The position numbers and the translations under genes were made by a program. A stretch of 32,000 bases of DNA from Mycolicibacterium smegmatis (GTDB lineage: Bacteria; Actinomycetota; Actinomycetes; Mycobacteriales; Mycobacteriaceae): NCBI RefSeq assembly GCF_001457595.1, contig NZ_LN831039.1:1950001-1982000 (forward strand), read 5' to 3'. Below the pieces are notes generated by a model. The model saw only the letters and a list, made by a program, of their open reading frames with translations, had not been told where the DNA came from and made no database searches. Numbering within the stretch: position 1 is the stretch's first letter; the number at the start of each line of letters is the position of its first letter. Shown in pieces: positions 22,684 through 32,000 of the stretch.

Positions 22684-23574
22684 ATGGCGCAACGGATAGT
22701 CATCACCGGGGCAGGCGGCATGGTCGGGCGCGTTTTGGCTGATCAGGCGGCTGCCAAGGGGCACACGGTGCTCGCCCTGACGTCCTCGCAGTGTGACATC
22801 ACCGACGAGGATGCGGTGCGGCGATTCGTCGCGAACGGTGACGTGGTGATCAACTGCGCGGCATATACGCAGGTCGACAAGGCCGAGGACGAGCCCGAGC
22901 GGGCCCACGCGGTCAACGCTGTGGGCCCCGGCAACCTCGCGAAGGCCTGCGCGGCGGTCGACGCGGGCCTGATCCACATCTCCACCGACTATGTATTCGG
23001 TGCCGTTGACCGCGACACCCCGTACGAGGTCGACGACGAGACCGGGCCCGTCAACATCTACGGCCGCACCAAGCTGGCCGGCGAGCAGGCCGTGCTGGCC
23101 GCCAAACCCGACGCGTATGTCGTGCGCACGGCGTGGGTGTACCGCGGGGGCGACGGTTCGGACTTCGTGGCGACCATGCGCAGGCTCGCCGCCGGCGACG
23201 GCGCCATCGACGTCGTGGCCGATCAGGTCGGCTCACCGACCTACACCGGCGACCTCGTGGGTGCGCTGCTGCAGATCGTCGACGGCGGTGTCGAGCCCGG
23301 CATCCTGCACGCCGCCAACGCGGGCGTGGCCAGCCGCTTCGACCAGGCGCGGGCGACGTTCGAGGCGGTCGGCGCCGATCCGGAACGCGTACGCCCGTGC
23401 GGCAGCGACCGGCATCCGCGTCCGGCGCCGCGTCCGAGCTACACGGTGCTGTCGTCGCAGCGGTCGGCGCAGGCCGGTCTGACCCCGCTGCGGGACTGGC
23501 GCGAGGCCCTGCAGGACGCGGTGGCTGCGGTGGTGGGGGCCACTACCGACGGCCCGCTACCCTCTACGCCGTGA
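22684..23574 (+). CDS. rmlD: dTDP-4-dehydrorhamnose reductase
   Basis: RIVITGAGGMVGRVLADQAAAKG, VINCAAYTQVDKAEDEPERAHAVNA, HISTDYVFGA, NIYGRTKLAGE. Confidence 0.93.
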   Translation: MAQRIVITGAGGMVGRVLADQAAAKGHTVLALTSSQCDITDEDAVRRFVANGDVVINCAAYTQVDKAEDEPERAHAVNAVGPGNLAKACAAVDAGLIHISTDYVFGAVDRDTPYEVDDETGPVNIYGRTKLAGEQAVLAAKPDAYVVRTAWVYRGGDGSDFVATMRRLAAGDGAIDVVADQVGSPTYTGDLVGALLQIVDGGVEPGILHAANAGVASRFDQARATFEAVGADPERVRPCGSDRHPRPAPRPSYTVLSSQRSAQAGLTPLRDWREALQDAVAAVVGATTDGPLPSTP

Positions 23575-23576
23575 CG

Positions 23577-24467
23577 ATGGACGATGCCCGCCCCCTGGTG
23601 GTCGTGACGGTGACATATTCGCCGGGCCCCCACCTGGACCGGTTCCTGTCGTCCCTGTCGCTGGCGACCGATCGCCCGGTGACGGTGATCATGGCCGACA
23701 ACGGGTCGACCGACGGCACACCGGAGGAGGCCGAGCAGCGGTACCCCAACGTGCGCCTGCTGCGTACGGGCGCCAACCTCGGCTACGGCAGTGCGGTCAA
23801 CCGTGCCGTGGCGCAGTTGACCGCCGGCGAGGGCACGGACTTCCTCGTGGTGGCCAACCCGGACGTGCAGTGGGGCCCGAAGGCGATCGACCTTCTTCTC
23901 GAGGCGTCCGACCGCTGGCCGCATGCCGGCGCGTTCGGGCCGCTCATCCGTGACCCCGACGGCGCGATCTACCCGTCGGCGCGGCATCAGCCGAGCCTGC
24001 TCCGCGGTGGTCTGCACGCGGTCGTCGGTCCGTTCTGGAAGAACAATCCGTGGACGGCGGCCTACCGCCAGGACCGCCAGGAGCCCTCCGAGCGGCCCGT
24101 GGGCTGGCTGTCGGGATCGTGTCTGTTGCTGCGCCGCAATGCATTCGATGCGATCGGCGGTTTCGACGAGCGGTACTTCATGTACATGGAGGACGTCGAC
24201 CTCGGTGACCGTCTCGATCGCGCGGGGTGGCAGAACATCTACGTGCCCTCGGCGGAAGTGCTGCACTACAAGGGGCATTCGACCGGACGGGATCCCGCGC
24301 GCAATTTGGCCGCCCATCACCGCAGTACCTACACTTTCCTGGCCGATCGCTACCCCGCGACCTGGCAGGCCCCGTTACGGTGGGCCATCCGGGGTGCGTT
24401 GGCGGTGCGGGCCGGGCTTGTGGTTGGAAACTCTCGGCGCAAGCGGGCGAACAAAGGGGCGTGGTGA
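23577..24467 (+). CDS. wbbL: N-acetylglucosaminyl-diphospho-decaprenol L-rhamnosyltransferase
   Basis: GT2 fold: TVTYSPGPHLDRFLSSLSLATDRPVTVIMADNGSTDGT, VVANPDVQWGPKAIDLL, GGFDERYFMYMEDVDLGDRL. Adjacent to rmlD. Confidence 0.93.
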   Translation: MDDARPLVVVTVTYSPGPHLDRFLSSLSLATDRPVTVIMADNGSTDGTPEEAEQRYPNVRLLRTGANLGYGSAVNRAVAQLTAGEGTDFLVVANPDVQWGPKAIDLLLEASDRWPHAGAFGPLIRDPDGAIYPSARHQPSLLRGGLHAVVGPFWKNNPWTAAYRQDRQEPSERPVGWLSGSCLLLRRNAFDAIGGFDERYFMYMEDVDLGDRLDRAGWQNIYVPSAEVLHYKGHSTGRDPARNLAAHHRSTYTFLADRYPATWQAPLRWAIRGALAVRAGLVVGNSRRKRANKGAW

Positions 24468-25546
24468 TGACCGAACCTGCAGAAGTCGATGCCGTCATCC
24501 TGGTCGGCGGGCAGGGCACACGCCTTCGCCCTCTCACGCTTTCGGCGCCCAAGCCGATGCTGCCCACCGCCGGGCTGCCGTTCCTGACGCATCTGCTGTC
24601 GCGCATCGCGGCGGCAGGCATCAAGCACGTCGTGATGGGCACGTCCTACAAGGCCGAGGTGTTCGAGGCCGAGTTCGGTGACGGCTCCAAGCTGGGGATC
24701 GAGATCGACTACGTCACCGAGACCGAGGCGCTGGGCACCGGCGGTGCCATCGCGAACGTCGCCGACAAACTGCGTCACGACACCGTGATGGTGTTCAACG
24801 GCGACGTGCTCTCGTGCGCCGATCTCGGTGCGATCCTCGCGACACACGACGCCAACGACGCCGACGTGACACTGCACCTGGTGCGCGTCGGTGATCCCCG
24901 CGCGTTCGGTTGTGTGCCGACCGACGCCGATGGCCGGGTCACCGCATTCCTGGAGAAGACGCAGGATCCACCGACCGATCAGATCAACGCGGGCTGCTAC
25001 GTGTTCAAGCGCGAGGTCATCGACCGGTTGCCCAGGGGCCGTGTGCTGTCGGTGGAGCGCGAGGTGTTCCCCGCGCTGCTCGCCGACGGCCTGCGCATCT
25101 ACGGCCACGTCGACGCCTCGTACTGGCGCGACATGGGGACCCCGGAGGACTTCGTCCGCGGATCGGCCGACCTGGTGCGCGGCATCGCCGGCTCACCCGC
25201 GCTCAATGGGCAGCGGGGCGAATCGCTCGTACACGACGGTGCCGGCGTCGCCCCGGGTGCGCTGCTGATCGGCGGCACCGTGGTGGGACGCGGAGCCGAG
25301 ATCGGCGCGGGCGCACGGTTGGACGGCGCGGTGATCTTCGACGGTGTGCGCGTCGAGGCCGGCGCGGTGATCGAACGCTCGATCATCGGGTTCGGCGCCC
25401 GCATCGGCCCGCGTGCGCTCATCCGCGACGGGGTGATCGGCGACGGCGCAGACATCGGCGCGCGCTGCGAACTGCTGCGCGGTGCGCGCGTGTGGCCGGG
25501 CGTGACGATTCCCGACGGCGGAATCCGCTACTCGACCGACGTCTGA
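24467..25546 (+). CDS. manC: Mannose-1-phosphate guanylyltransferase / sugar-phosphate nucleotidyltransferase
   Basis: VDAVILVGGQGTRLRPLTLSAPKPMLPTAG, VFNGDVLSCADL, NAGCYVFKREVIDRLPRGR, plus left-handed beta-helix hexapeptide repeats. Family naming varies (manB/rmlA2/mpg1). Confidence 0.88.
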   Translation: MTEPAEVDAVILVGGQGTRLRPLTLSAPKPMLPTAGLPFLTHLLSRIAAAGIKHVVMGTSYKAEVFEAEFGDGSKLGIEIDYVTETEALGTGGAIANVADKLRHDTVMVFNGDVLSCADLGAILATHDANDADVTLHLVRVGDPRAFGCVPTDADGRVTAFLEKTQDPPTDQINAGCYVFKREVIDRLPRGRVLSVEREVFPALLADGLRIYGHVDASYWRDMGTPEDFVRGSADLVRGIAGSPALNGQRGESLVHDGAGVAPGALLIGGTVVGRGAEIGAGARLDGAVIFDGVRVEAGAVIERSIIGFGARIGPRALIRDGVIGDGADIGARCELLRGARVWPGVTIPDGGIRYSTDV

Positions 25547-26076
25547 CGCCGCGCCGCGGCGGCGAGCTGGTCGAGGCCGAAATCCGTGCCATCGGGCAGT
25601 GCGTCCAGCGGCCACCACCGTAGGTCCAATGATTCGTCGCTGCAGACGATTTCGGCTCCCTCGGGGGCGCGCACCAGGAACTGCATGTCGAGGTGACGCG
25701 TCGGGACCCCGAGCGAGCAGGTGACCGGATGCACGTGCAGCGCAGCCAGATCCGGATCGATCGTCAGACCATCGATACCCGATTCCTCGGTGGCCTCGCG
25801 CAAGGCCGCGGCGTGGATGTCGGGATCGGTGTCCTCGCAGTGCCCGCCGAGTTGCAGCCAGCGCCCGAAACGCGGATGCAGCGTCAGCAGCGTGTGCGTG
25901 CCCGTGTGGTCGATCACGAGTGCCGATGCCGTGATGTGGCCTGGGACGCATGCGCGCAGGCACGCGTCGGGGCGGGCCGCCAGAAACGACAGCACCGCAT
26001 GGCGCAGCGAATCCTGCGCGGGATCCGGTGCGTCCCAGTGGGTCAGTAGCCGGGTGGCCGAATCATGAAGGCTCAC
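25528..26076 (-). CDS. NUDIX hydrolase
   Basis: [31 protein letters not shown] is a Nudix box variant. Confidence 0.88.
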   Translation of the reverse strand: MSLHDSATRLLTHWDAPDPAQDSLRHAVLSFLAARPDACLRACVPGHITASALVIDHTGTHTLLTLHPRFGRWLQLGGHCEDTDPDIHAAALREATEESGIDGLTIDPDLAALHVHPVTCSLGVPTRHLDMQFLVRAPEGAEIVCSDESLDLRWWPLDALPDGTDFGLDQLAAAARRQTSVE

Positions 26077-27437
26077 TTGCGCACCAGCAGTTCGTCGGTG
26101 GGCACCGGATCGCGTGGCCCAAGCGGTTGCGGTGTCTGTTCGGGATAACCGATCGCGATGGCGCCCAAGGGTTCCCAGTCATCGGGCAGATCGAGTTCGG
26201 CGCGCACCAGGTCCGCGGCAAAGATCGTCGACCCGATCCAGCAACTGCCGATGTCGCGCACCGCGAGCGCGACCAGCAGGCCCTGAACGGCCGCGCCGAC
26301 CGCGACGGTGAACATGGTGTGCTCGGCCGCGGTGCGTGCGTCGTCGGGATAGCTGTGCACACCGTCGGGCACCAGGAACGGGATCACCAGTTCCGGCGCG
26401 TCGTAGAGGATCTGGCCGCGCGCCACGCGGCGCTCGACCGCGTCCGCGTCCAGACCGTCTGCGGTGAGATCGGCACGCCACTGCTCTTTCATGCGGTCCA
26501 GCAGGCGCGTGCGGGTCTCGGAGTCCTGCACCCACACGAAACGCACGGGCCGGGTGTGGTGCGGCGCCGGCGCGGTGAGCGCCTCGCCGACTGCGGCCTC
26601 GATGGCGTCGTGCGGGACCGGCTCGGCGCTGAACCGGCGCACCGAGCGGCGCAGCAGCTGGGCCTGCATGCGGCCCAGCTCGATCGCCTCGGCGGTGCCG
26701 AGCCAGAACAGGTCGTCCTCACCGGCACGCACCAGCCGGTGGGCGCTGGACCCGTCGTCGGGCAGTCTGAGGCCGCGCACCACGGCGACCGGGATCGCGG
26801 TGAGCTTGCCTTTGACCAGATCGGCGGCCGCGGCGATCTCGTCGGCGACGGCGACCTCGGTGACCACCAACTCGTTGCCGTGGCGGTCGCGGGAGCCTGC
26901 GTAGCCCTGCAGCACCGTCAGACCCGATGCGCCGATGGCGAAGTCGGTCTGTCCGGTGCGCCACGCCCGGCCCATGGTGTCGGTGATCACCACCCCGACG
27001 GTGACGCCGAGGCGCTCACGCAACCCCTCGCGCAGCGTCGCGGCGCTGCCGTCGGGGTCGACCGGGAGCAGCGCCAGTTCGGTGGATCCGACGTTGGAAC
27101 CGTCCACACCGGCCGCGGCCTGGACGAGCCCGATCGCGTTCTCGGTGATCAGGGTGCGGCCCTTGCGGGCCAGCACCCGCACCGCCTCGTCGTCGATGAG
27201 TTTGCGCCGCAGGGTGTCCCGTTCCTCGGGATCCGACGGGGCTGCCACGATGCGGCCCTCGCACTTGGAGACCACCTTGCTGGTGACCACCAGGACGTCG
27301 CCGTCACGCAGCCACGGCGCCGCCTCGGCGAGCGCACCGACGAGGTCGTCACCCGGGCGGAACTCGGGCAGGCCGGGGACCGGCAGGATCTCGACGCGGT
27401 CGGCCGCACCGTGCTCGGTGTTCGCCGCGGCGCTCAC
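26073..27437 (-). CDS. fbiB: Coenzyme F420:L-glutamate ligase with C-terminal nitroreductase-like domain
   Basis: [47 protein letters not shown]; [24 protein letters not shown]-terminal FMN-oxidoreductase segment RRSVRRF. Confidence 0.94.
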   Translation of the reverse strand: MSAAANTEHGAADRVEILPVPGLPEFRPGDDLVGALAEAAPWLRDGDVLVVTSKVVSKCEGRIVAAPSDPEERDTLRRKLIDDEAVRVLARKGRTLITENAIGLVQAAAGVDGSNVGSTELALLPVDPDGSAATLREGLRERLGVTVGVVITDTMGRAWRTGQTDFAIGASGLTVLQGYAGSRDRHGNELVVTEVAVADEIAAAADLVKGKLTAIPVAVVRGLRLPDDGSSAHRLVRAGEDDLFWLGTAEAIELGRMQAQLLRRSVRRFSAEPVPHDAIEAAVGEALTAPAPHHTRPVRFVWVQDSETRTRLLDRMKEQWRADLTADGLDADAVERRVARGQILYDAPELVIPFLVPDGVHSYPDDARTAAEHTMFTVAVGAAVQGLLVALAVRDIGSCWIGSTIFAADLVRAELDLPDDWEPLGAIAIGYPEQTPQPLGPRDPVPTDELLVRK

Positions 27438-28417
27438 AGCGACACCCCGGCGAGGTCCAGACCGGCGCGGACCATCGCCGCGGTGGCCTCGGGATCGGTC
27501 ATCAGCAGCGGCACCGCCTTGACCTTCACACCCTCGATCTGCGCGTGGTCACCCTCGTGTACGAGCCACCCGTCGAGCAGGCCCGTGCCGGCCCGGGCGC
27601 CGAAGAACTCGCCGACGGCCTGGGAGGTGGATTCCACGCCGATGACCTTGAGGCATTCATCGGCCATGCCGCGCAATGGTTTTCCGGCGATGATGGGGGA
27701 GTACCCGATCACGGGGGCCGAGGTGGAGCGCAGCGCACCGCGGATGCCGGGGATCTGCAGGATGGGACCGATGCTCACCACGGGGTTCGACGGCGCCAGC
27801 AACACGATGTCGGCGTCGCCGATGGCCTCGACCACGCCGGGTCCTGCCGTTGCCTGATCTGCACCGACGTACGCGAAACTGTGCGTAGGGACCTTTGCCC
27901 GATACCGCACCCACCACTCCTGGAAGTGGATGGCGCGCCGCTCGCCGTCGGTGGGATCGGTGATGACGACGTGGGTCTCGCTGCGCTCGTCGCTTGCGGG
28001 CAGCAATCGCGCTCCCGGCTGCCAGCGTTTGCAGAGCGCCTCGGTCACCTGGGACAGGGGGTAGCCGGCGCGCAACATCTGGCTACGCACCAGGTGGGTG
28101 GCCAGGTCGCGGTCGCCGAGCCCGAACCAGTCGGGCTGCACGCCGTAGGCCGCAAGCTCCTCCTTGGTGTTCCAGGTCTCGTTGCGATGACCCCAGCCGC
28201 GGTCGGGGTCGATCCCGCCGCCGAGGGTGTACATGCAGGTGTCGAGGTCCGGACAGATGCGAACGCCGTGCATCCATGCGTCGTCTCCTATGTTGACGAC
28301 AGCCGTGAGCTCATGCTTGCTGGGACCGTCGGCAAAGGAGCCGAGCCCCAGCAGGTTCTGCACGCCCAGCAAAAACCGTGCGCCGCCGACTCCGCCGACC
28401 AGAACGGTGATCTTCAC
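27434..28417 (-). CDS. fbiA: 2-phospho-L-lactate transferase family (F420 biosynthesis)
   Basis: [63 protein letters not shown]. Probable GTG start at 28417. Confidence 0.93.
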   Translation of the reverse strand: MKITVLVGGVGGARFLLGVQNLLGLGSFADGPSKHELTAVVNIGDDAWMHGVRICPDLDTCMYTLGGGIDPDRGWGHRNETWNTKEELAAYGVQPDWFGLGDRDLATHLVRSQMLRAGYPLSQVTEALCKRWQPGARLLPASDERSETHVVITDPTDGERRAIHFQEWWVRYRAKVPTHSFAYVGADQATAGPGVVEAIGDADIVLLAPSNPVVSIGPILQIPGIRGALRSTSAPVIGYSPIIAGKPLRGMADECLKVIGVESTSQAVGEFFGARAGTGLLDGWLVHEGDHAQIEGVKVKAVPLLMTDPEATAAMVRAGLDLAGVSL

Positions 28418-28558
28418 AACGTCCGACACTAGGCGTTGGGACGCTCCGGACGGAAACGACGTCGTCACGAGCAGGACACGCCGATGTCGCGACGCGCCGG
28501 AATGAGATCACGGGATGGTATGAATTCGCGCCCTGGAGCTTGACCCCGACAGCTAACA

Positions 28559-28572
28559 CGTGTGTAATCACA
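28559..28572. promoter_or_regulatory. Candidate CRP/FNR-family site (GTG-N6-CAC) in the fbiA-whiB2 intergenic region
   Basis: cGTGtgtaatCACa; inverted GTG/CAC with 6-nt spacer. Confidence 0.25.
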
Positions 28573-28708
28573 GCAGTGTCATTTTTCGGTTGGTGACCGA
28601 TTCCGGTGTCGCGGACCGAGATTCGATCAACTGTTCGAATGATGGCCGCATATCACAATAGTGGGGCTCCACTGAGGATCTACGAGACCGAGTGAGGAGG
28701 CGGGGGAT

Positions 28709-29098
28709 ATGTCTTATGAGAGCGGCGATTTCGATCGTGTAGTCCGGTTCGACAACCGGCTACTCGGCTCGGTGAGCCATGCACCGCACATCGACACCGG
28801 ATCGACACCGACGGGGGCAGCTGGACGTCCTCAACTGAGTCTGGTGCCCGATTCGTTCGACGTGGCTCCGGAGGCCGAGGAAGACCAATGGCAGGAGCGT
28901 GCCCTGTGCGCGCAAACTGACCCGGAGGCCTTCTTCCCGGAAAAGGGTGGTTCCACCCGAGAGGCCAAGCGCATCTGCCAGGGGTGCGAAGTTCGTGACG
29001 CGTGCCTGGAATACGCGCTCGCGCATGATGAGCGCTTCGGTATCTGGGGCGGTCTGTCGGAGCGTGAGCGCCGGCGCCTCAAACGCGGCATCATCTAG
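28709..29098 (+). CDS. whiB2: WhiB-family Fe-S transcriptional regulator WhiB2 (WhmD)
   Basis: Four-Cys pattern in WQERALCAQTDPEAFFPEKGGSTREAKRICQGCEVRDACLEYALAHDERFGIWGGLSERERRRLKR. Confidence 0.96.
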   Translation: MSYESGDFDRVVRFDNRLLGSVSHAPHIDTGSTPTGAAGRPQLSLVPDSFDVAPEAEEDQWQERALCAQTDPEAFFPEKGGSTREAKRICQGCEVRDACLEYALAHDERFGIWGGLSERERRRLKRGII

Positions 29099-29138
29099 AC
29101 GTACGGCGCGGTGAGCACTCGCGACGTGCCGCCCCGCG

Positions 29139-29609
29139 CTAATCGTCGTCGATCGTCGGGTCGATGACCGACGGTTCGACGCCGAGATAGGTGGCCACCT
29201 GCGCCACCAGGATTTCATGCAGTAGATCAGCCAGCTCATCGGATCCTTTGACCCGGCGCTCGATGGGCTTGCGGAACAACACGATTCGCGCCCGGGTCGA
29301 ATTCCCCCTGACATCCACCCCTGCCGGTATCAACCGCGCCAGCGCGATCGGACCGTCTGCCACCACCTCGGGTGGCCATTGCACACTGTCCGGATCTTTC
29401 GGGGTCATCCGTGGAATCTCGTCGACAGCGACATCGAGTGAGCTGACCCTCGACGACCATCGACGCTCTATCGGCTCGTAGGCCTCCAGCACCGCCATGT
29501 CGAACCGCTCGGCGCGGCTGCGCCACCCAGGAACCGACCGCGGGAGCAGCGGTCCGCGGATATCGCGTCCGCGACGCGAACGCGGATGGTTCAGCCGAGG
29601 CACGGACAT
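29139..29609 (-). CDS. Metallopeptidase family protein (zinicin-like, Rv3259-like)
   Basis: RDIRGPLLPRSVPGWRSRAERFDMAVLEAYEPIERRW; the C-terminal ELADLLHEILVAQVATYLGVEPSVIDPTIDD. A canonical HExxH is not intact here (LLHEILVAQ). Confidence 0.7.
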   Translation of the reverse strand: MSVPRLNHPRSRRGRDIRGPLLPRSVPGWRSRAERFDMAVLEAYEPIERRWSSRVSSLDVAVDEIPRMTPKDPDSVQWPPEVVADGPIALARLIPAGVDVRGNSTRARIVLFRKPIERRVKGSDELADLLHEILVAQVATYLGVEPSVIDPTIDDD

Positions 29610-29690
29610 GATCGTAACGGTTCGGAGTCGGCTGCCCCGGCTGCGCGTGTCCGGCGGCGCCCGTCGATCGTCCAAGATAATCTCTGGTGC

Positions 29691-30110
29691 GTGAATGTTC
29701 CCCGTCGCTGCTGCCGGCCCGGGTGCCCGCACTATGCCGTGGCGACGCTGACCTTCGTCTACTCAGACTCCACGGCCGTCGTTGGGCCGTTGGCCACGGT
29801 TTCCGAACCTCACTCCTGGGACCTGTGTGTGGGCCACGCCAGCCGGATCACCGCCCCCAAGGGTTGGGAGCTGGTCCGCCACGCCGGACCGCTGCCGACC
29901 CATCCCGACGAGGACGATCTCGTCGCACTGGCCGACGCGGTTCGCGAAGGGCGCACGGGGCCCGGTCCGGTCAACGGCGTCGTGGCCGGATTCTCCGATC
30001 CGGCGACCGGCACCGGCAGCGGCGCGGTGATCGCGCCCCCGGTGCGACAGCCCGAGCCCAACGGTCGTCGACGTGGCCATTTGCGGGTGTTGCCCGACCC
30101 CACCGACTGA
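29691..30110 (+). CDS. DUF3499 family protein (putative zinc-binding)
   Basis: VNVPRRCCRPGCPHYAVATLTFVYSDSTAVVGPLATVSEPHSWDLCVGHASRITAPKGWELVR. Confidence 0.88.
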   Translation: MNVPRRCCRPGCPHYAVATLTFVYSDSTAVVGPLATVSEPHSWDLCVGHASRITAPKGWELVRHAGPLPTHPDEDDLVALADAVREGRTGPGPVNGVVAGFSDPATGTGSGAVIAPPVRQPEPNGRRRGHLRVLPDPTD

Positions 30111-30240
30111 TCATGACGTGCCTCGTGCGGCGTCTGCGGAACTTGTGATGTCCGATGGCGTGCGAGGCCGGAGTAGTGAACGTGGAGATGTCGCCAGACG
30201 GTTAGGCTGGCGCCAACGATCCCGTTTCACAAGGAGTTCT

Positions 30241-31659
30241 ATGTCTCGGCCAGCAGCGGCTGTTCACGGTGTCATCAAGGCCTATGACGTCCGCGGTCTG
30301 GTCGGCTCCGAGTTGGACGAGTCGTTCGTCGCCGACGTGGGCGGCGCGTTTGCCCGGTTGGTCCGCGGCGAAGGCGCCCGGCAGGTCGTCATCGGCCACG
30401 ACATGCGATCCAGCTCGCCGGCGCTGGCGGCGGCTTTCGCCGACGGCGTCACCACGCAGGGACTCGACGTCGTGCGGATCGGTCTCGCCTCGACCGATCA
30501 GCTCTACTTCGCGTCCGGGTTGTTGGAGTGCCCGGGCGCGATGTTCACCGCGAGCCACAACCCCGCGGCCTACAACGGCATCAAGCTGTGCCGCGCGGGC
30601 GCCAAACCGGTGGGCAAGGACACCGGGCTGGCCGCCATCTCCGAGGAGGTTATCGGCGGCGTACCGGCCCATGACGGCCCGCGGGGCGGCATCACCGACC
30701 GCGACGTACTGGCCGACTACGGCGAGTTCCTGCGTTCCCTGGTCGATCTCAGCGGCTCACGGCCCCTGCGCATCGCCGTCGACGCAGGCAACGGCATGGC
30801 CGGGCACACCACGCCCGCTGTGCTCGGGCCGATCCCCGGGGCCACGATCCTGCCGCTGTACTTCGAACTCGACGGCACGTTCCCCAACCACGAGGCCAAC
30901 CCGCTCGACCCGGCCAACCTGGTGGACCTGCAGCGCTTCGTCGTGGAGTCCGGCGCCGACATCGGGCTCGCGTTCGACGGCGACGCCGACCGCTGTTTCG
31001 TCGTCGACGAACTCGGTCGCCCCGTCTCGCCGTCGGCCGTGACGGCTCTGGTCGCCGGTCGCGAACTCACCCGTGAAATCGGCGCGACGATCATCCACAA
31101 CCTCATCACCTCGCGCGCGGTGCCCGAGCTCGTGACCGAGCGGGGCGGCACCCCGGTGCGCGCGCGGGTCGGGCATTCCTACATCAAGGCGCTGATGGCC
31201 GAGACCAGCGCGATATTCGGCGGTGAGCACTCGGCCCACTACTACTTCCGCGACTTCTGGGGCGCCGACTCGGGAATGCTCGCGGCCCTGCATGTGCTCG
31301 CCGCGCTCGGCGAACAGGACCGCCCGCTTTCGGAGATCATGGCCGACTATCAGCGCTACGAGGCCTCGGGCGAGATCAACTTCACCGTCAGCGACGCATC
31401 GGCATGCGTGGACGCGGTGCTCACGTCGTACGGCACGGCCATCCACTCCATCGACCACCTCGACGGCGTCACGGTCGACCTCGGCGACGACTGCTGGTTC
31501 AACCTGCGCAGCTCGAACACCGAACCGCTGCTGCGCCTCAACGTCGAGGCGCGCACCACCGAGGAGGTCGACGCAGTGGTCGACAGAATCGCCGACGTCA
31601 TCCGCGCCACCAACGAACCCGGCAGCGTGAACGGGGCGGTGAACGAGGCGGCGACGTGA
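30241..31659 (+). CDS. manB: Phosphomannomutase/phosphoglucomutase
   Basis: VIKAYDVRGLVGSELDESF, active-site MFTASHNPAAYNGIKLCRAG, metal-binding AFDGDADRCF, sugar-binding GGEHSAHYYFRDFWGADSG. Confidence 0.94.
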   Translation: MSRPAAAVHGVIKAYDVRGLVGSELDESFVADVGGAFARLVRGEGARQVVIGHDMRSSSPALAAAFADGVTTQGLDVVRIGLASTDQLYFASGLLECPGAMFTASHNPAAYNGIKLCRAGAKPVGKDTGLAAISEEVIGGVPAHDGPRGGITDRDVLADYGEFLRSLVDLSGSRPLRIAVDAGNGMAGHTTPAVLGPIPGATILPLYFELDGTFPNHEANPLDPANLVDLQRFVVESGADIGLAFDGDADRCFVVDELGRPVSPSAVTALVAGRELTREIGATIIHNLITSRAVPELVTERGGTPVRARVGHSYIKALMAETSAIFGGEHSAHYYFRDFWGADSGMLAALHVLAALGEQDRPLSEIMADYQRYEASGEINFTVSDASACVDAVLTSYGTAIHSIDHLDGVTVDLGDDCWFNLRSSNTEPLLRLNVEARTTEEVDAVVDRIADVIRATNEPGSVNGAVNEAAT

Positions 31660-32000
31660 ACGCACTGGGCGCCATGGTGGACCTCGACGACGGCGACGGG
31701 CTTCTCGCAGCCGACCGCGGCGGGCTGCTGAGGGCCGCGGCCATGGCGGGGGCCCAGGTGCGGGCCACCGCGGCCGCACTCGACGAAGGACTTTTCGACC
31801 CGCTGCGCGCGGATGATCCTGCGCGCACGGTCATCTGGGTCGCCGGCCGCGGCACGGCCGAGCACGCGGGTGCGGTGCTCGCAGCCACGCTCGGCCCGTC
31901 GGCGGCCGCACCCGTCGTGCTCGCCTCTGAGGCGCCGCCGTGGATCGGCGCGCTGGACGTGTTGATCGTGGCGGGCGACGATCCGGGCGATCCGGCGTTG
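31656..32000 (+). CDS. SIS-domain/TobH-like protein (Rv3256c-like), 3' end beyond window
   Basis: GTG start overlapping the manB stop. VNALGAMVDLDDGDGLLAADRGGLLRAAAMAGAQVRATAAAL... stays open to the window end. Confidence 0.75.
   Translation, partial: MNALGAMVDLDDGDGLLAADRGGLLRAAAMAGAQVRATAAALDEGLFDPLRADDPARTVIWVAGRGTAEHAGAVLAATLGPSAAAPVVLASEAPPWIGALDVLIVAGDDPGDPAL

Noticed and set aside
25950-27857. 635-aa ORF antisense to fbiB/fbiA
   Set aside because: Same artefact; the F420 biosynthesis proteins on the minus strand have clear motifs.

Overview
This is a high-GC actinobacterial window. Gene order and protein sequence point to a fast-growing Mycobacterium (Mycolicibacterium smegmatis-like); that assignment is from memory of the family, with no search run. 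It is mostly conserved core chromosome: F420-dependent oxidoreductase fragment, DUF6328, chaB-rsbW-sigF, MobA-like, accA3, sufE-like, sseA, maf, accE5, accD5, PH-domain protein, GtrA, purK-purE, fadE25-like, birA, TIGR03089, LCP protein, rmlD-wbbL-mannose-1-phosphate guanylyltransferase, NUDIX, fbiB-fbiA, whiB2, metallopeptidase, DUF3499, phosphomannomutase, and the start of a SIS/TobH-like gene. The accessory part is about 10.78-15.0 kb. It holds a complete IS1380-family element with a visible 5-bp target duplication (CTAAG) and, beyond it, a decayed DUF4012 gene with many frameshifts. I did not find a convincing new multi-gene system. The best second-look items are: (1) a similar near-palindromic element about 20 nt upstream of both accA3 and accD5, with the IS inserted directly against the accD5 copy; (2) short tandem repeats at both ends of accE5, one encoding an uncalled 26-codon repeat mini-ORF that overlaps the accE5 stop; (3) the DUF4012 pseudogene and IS scar; (4) SigF-like promoters.
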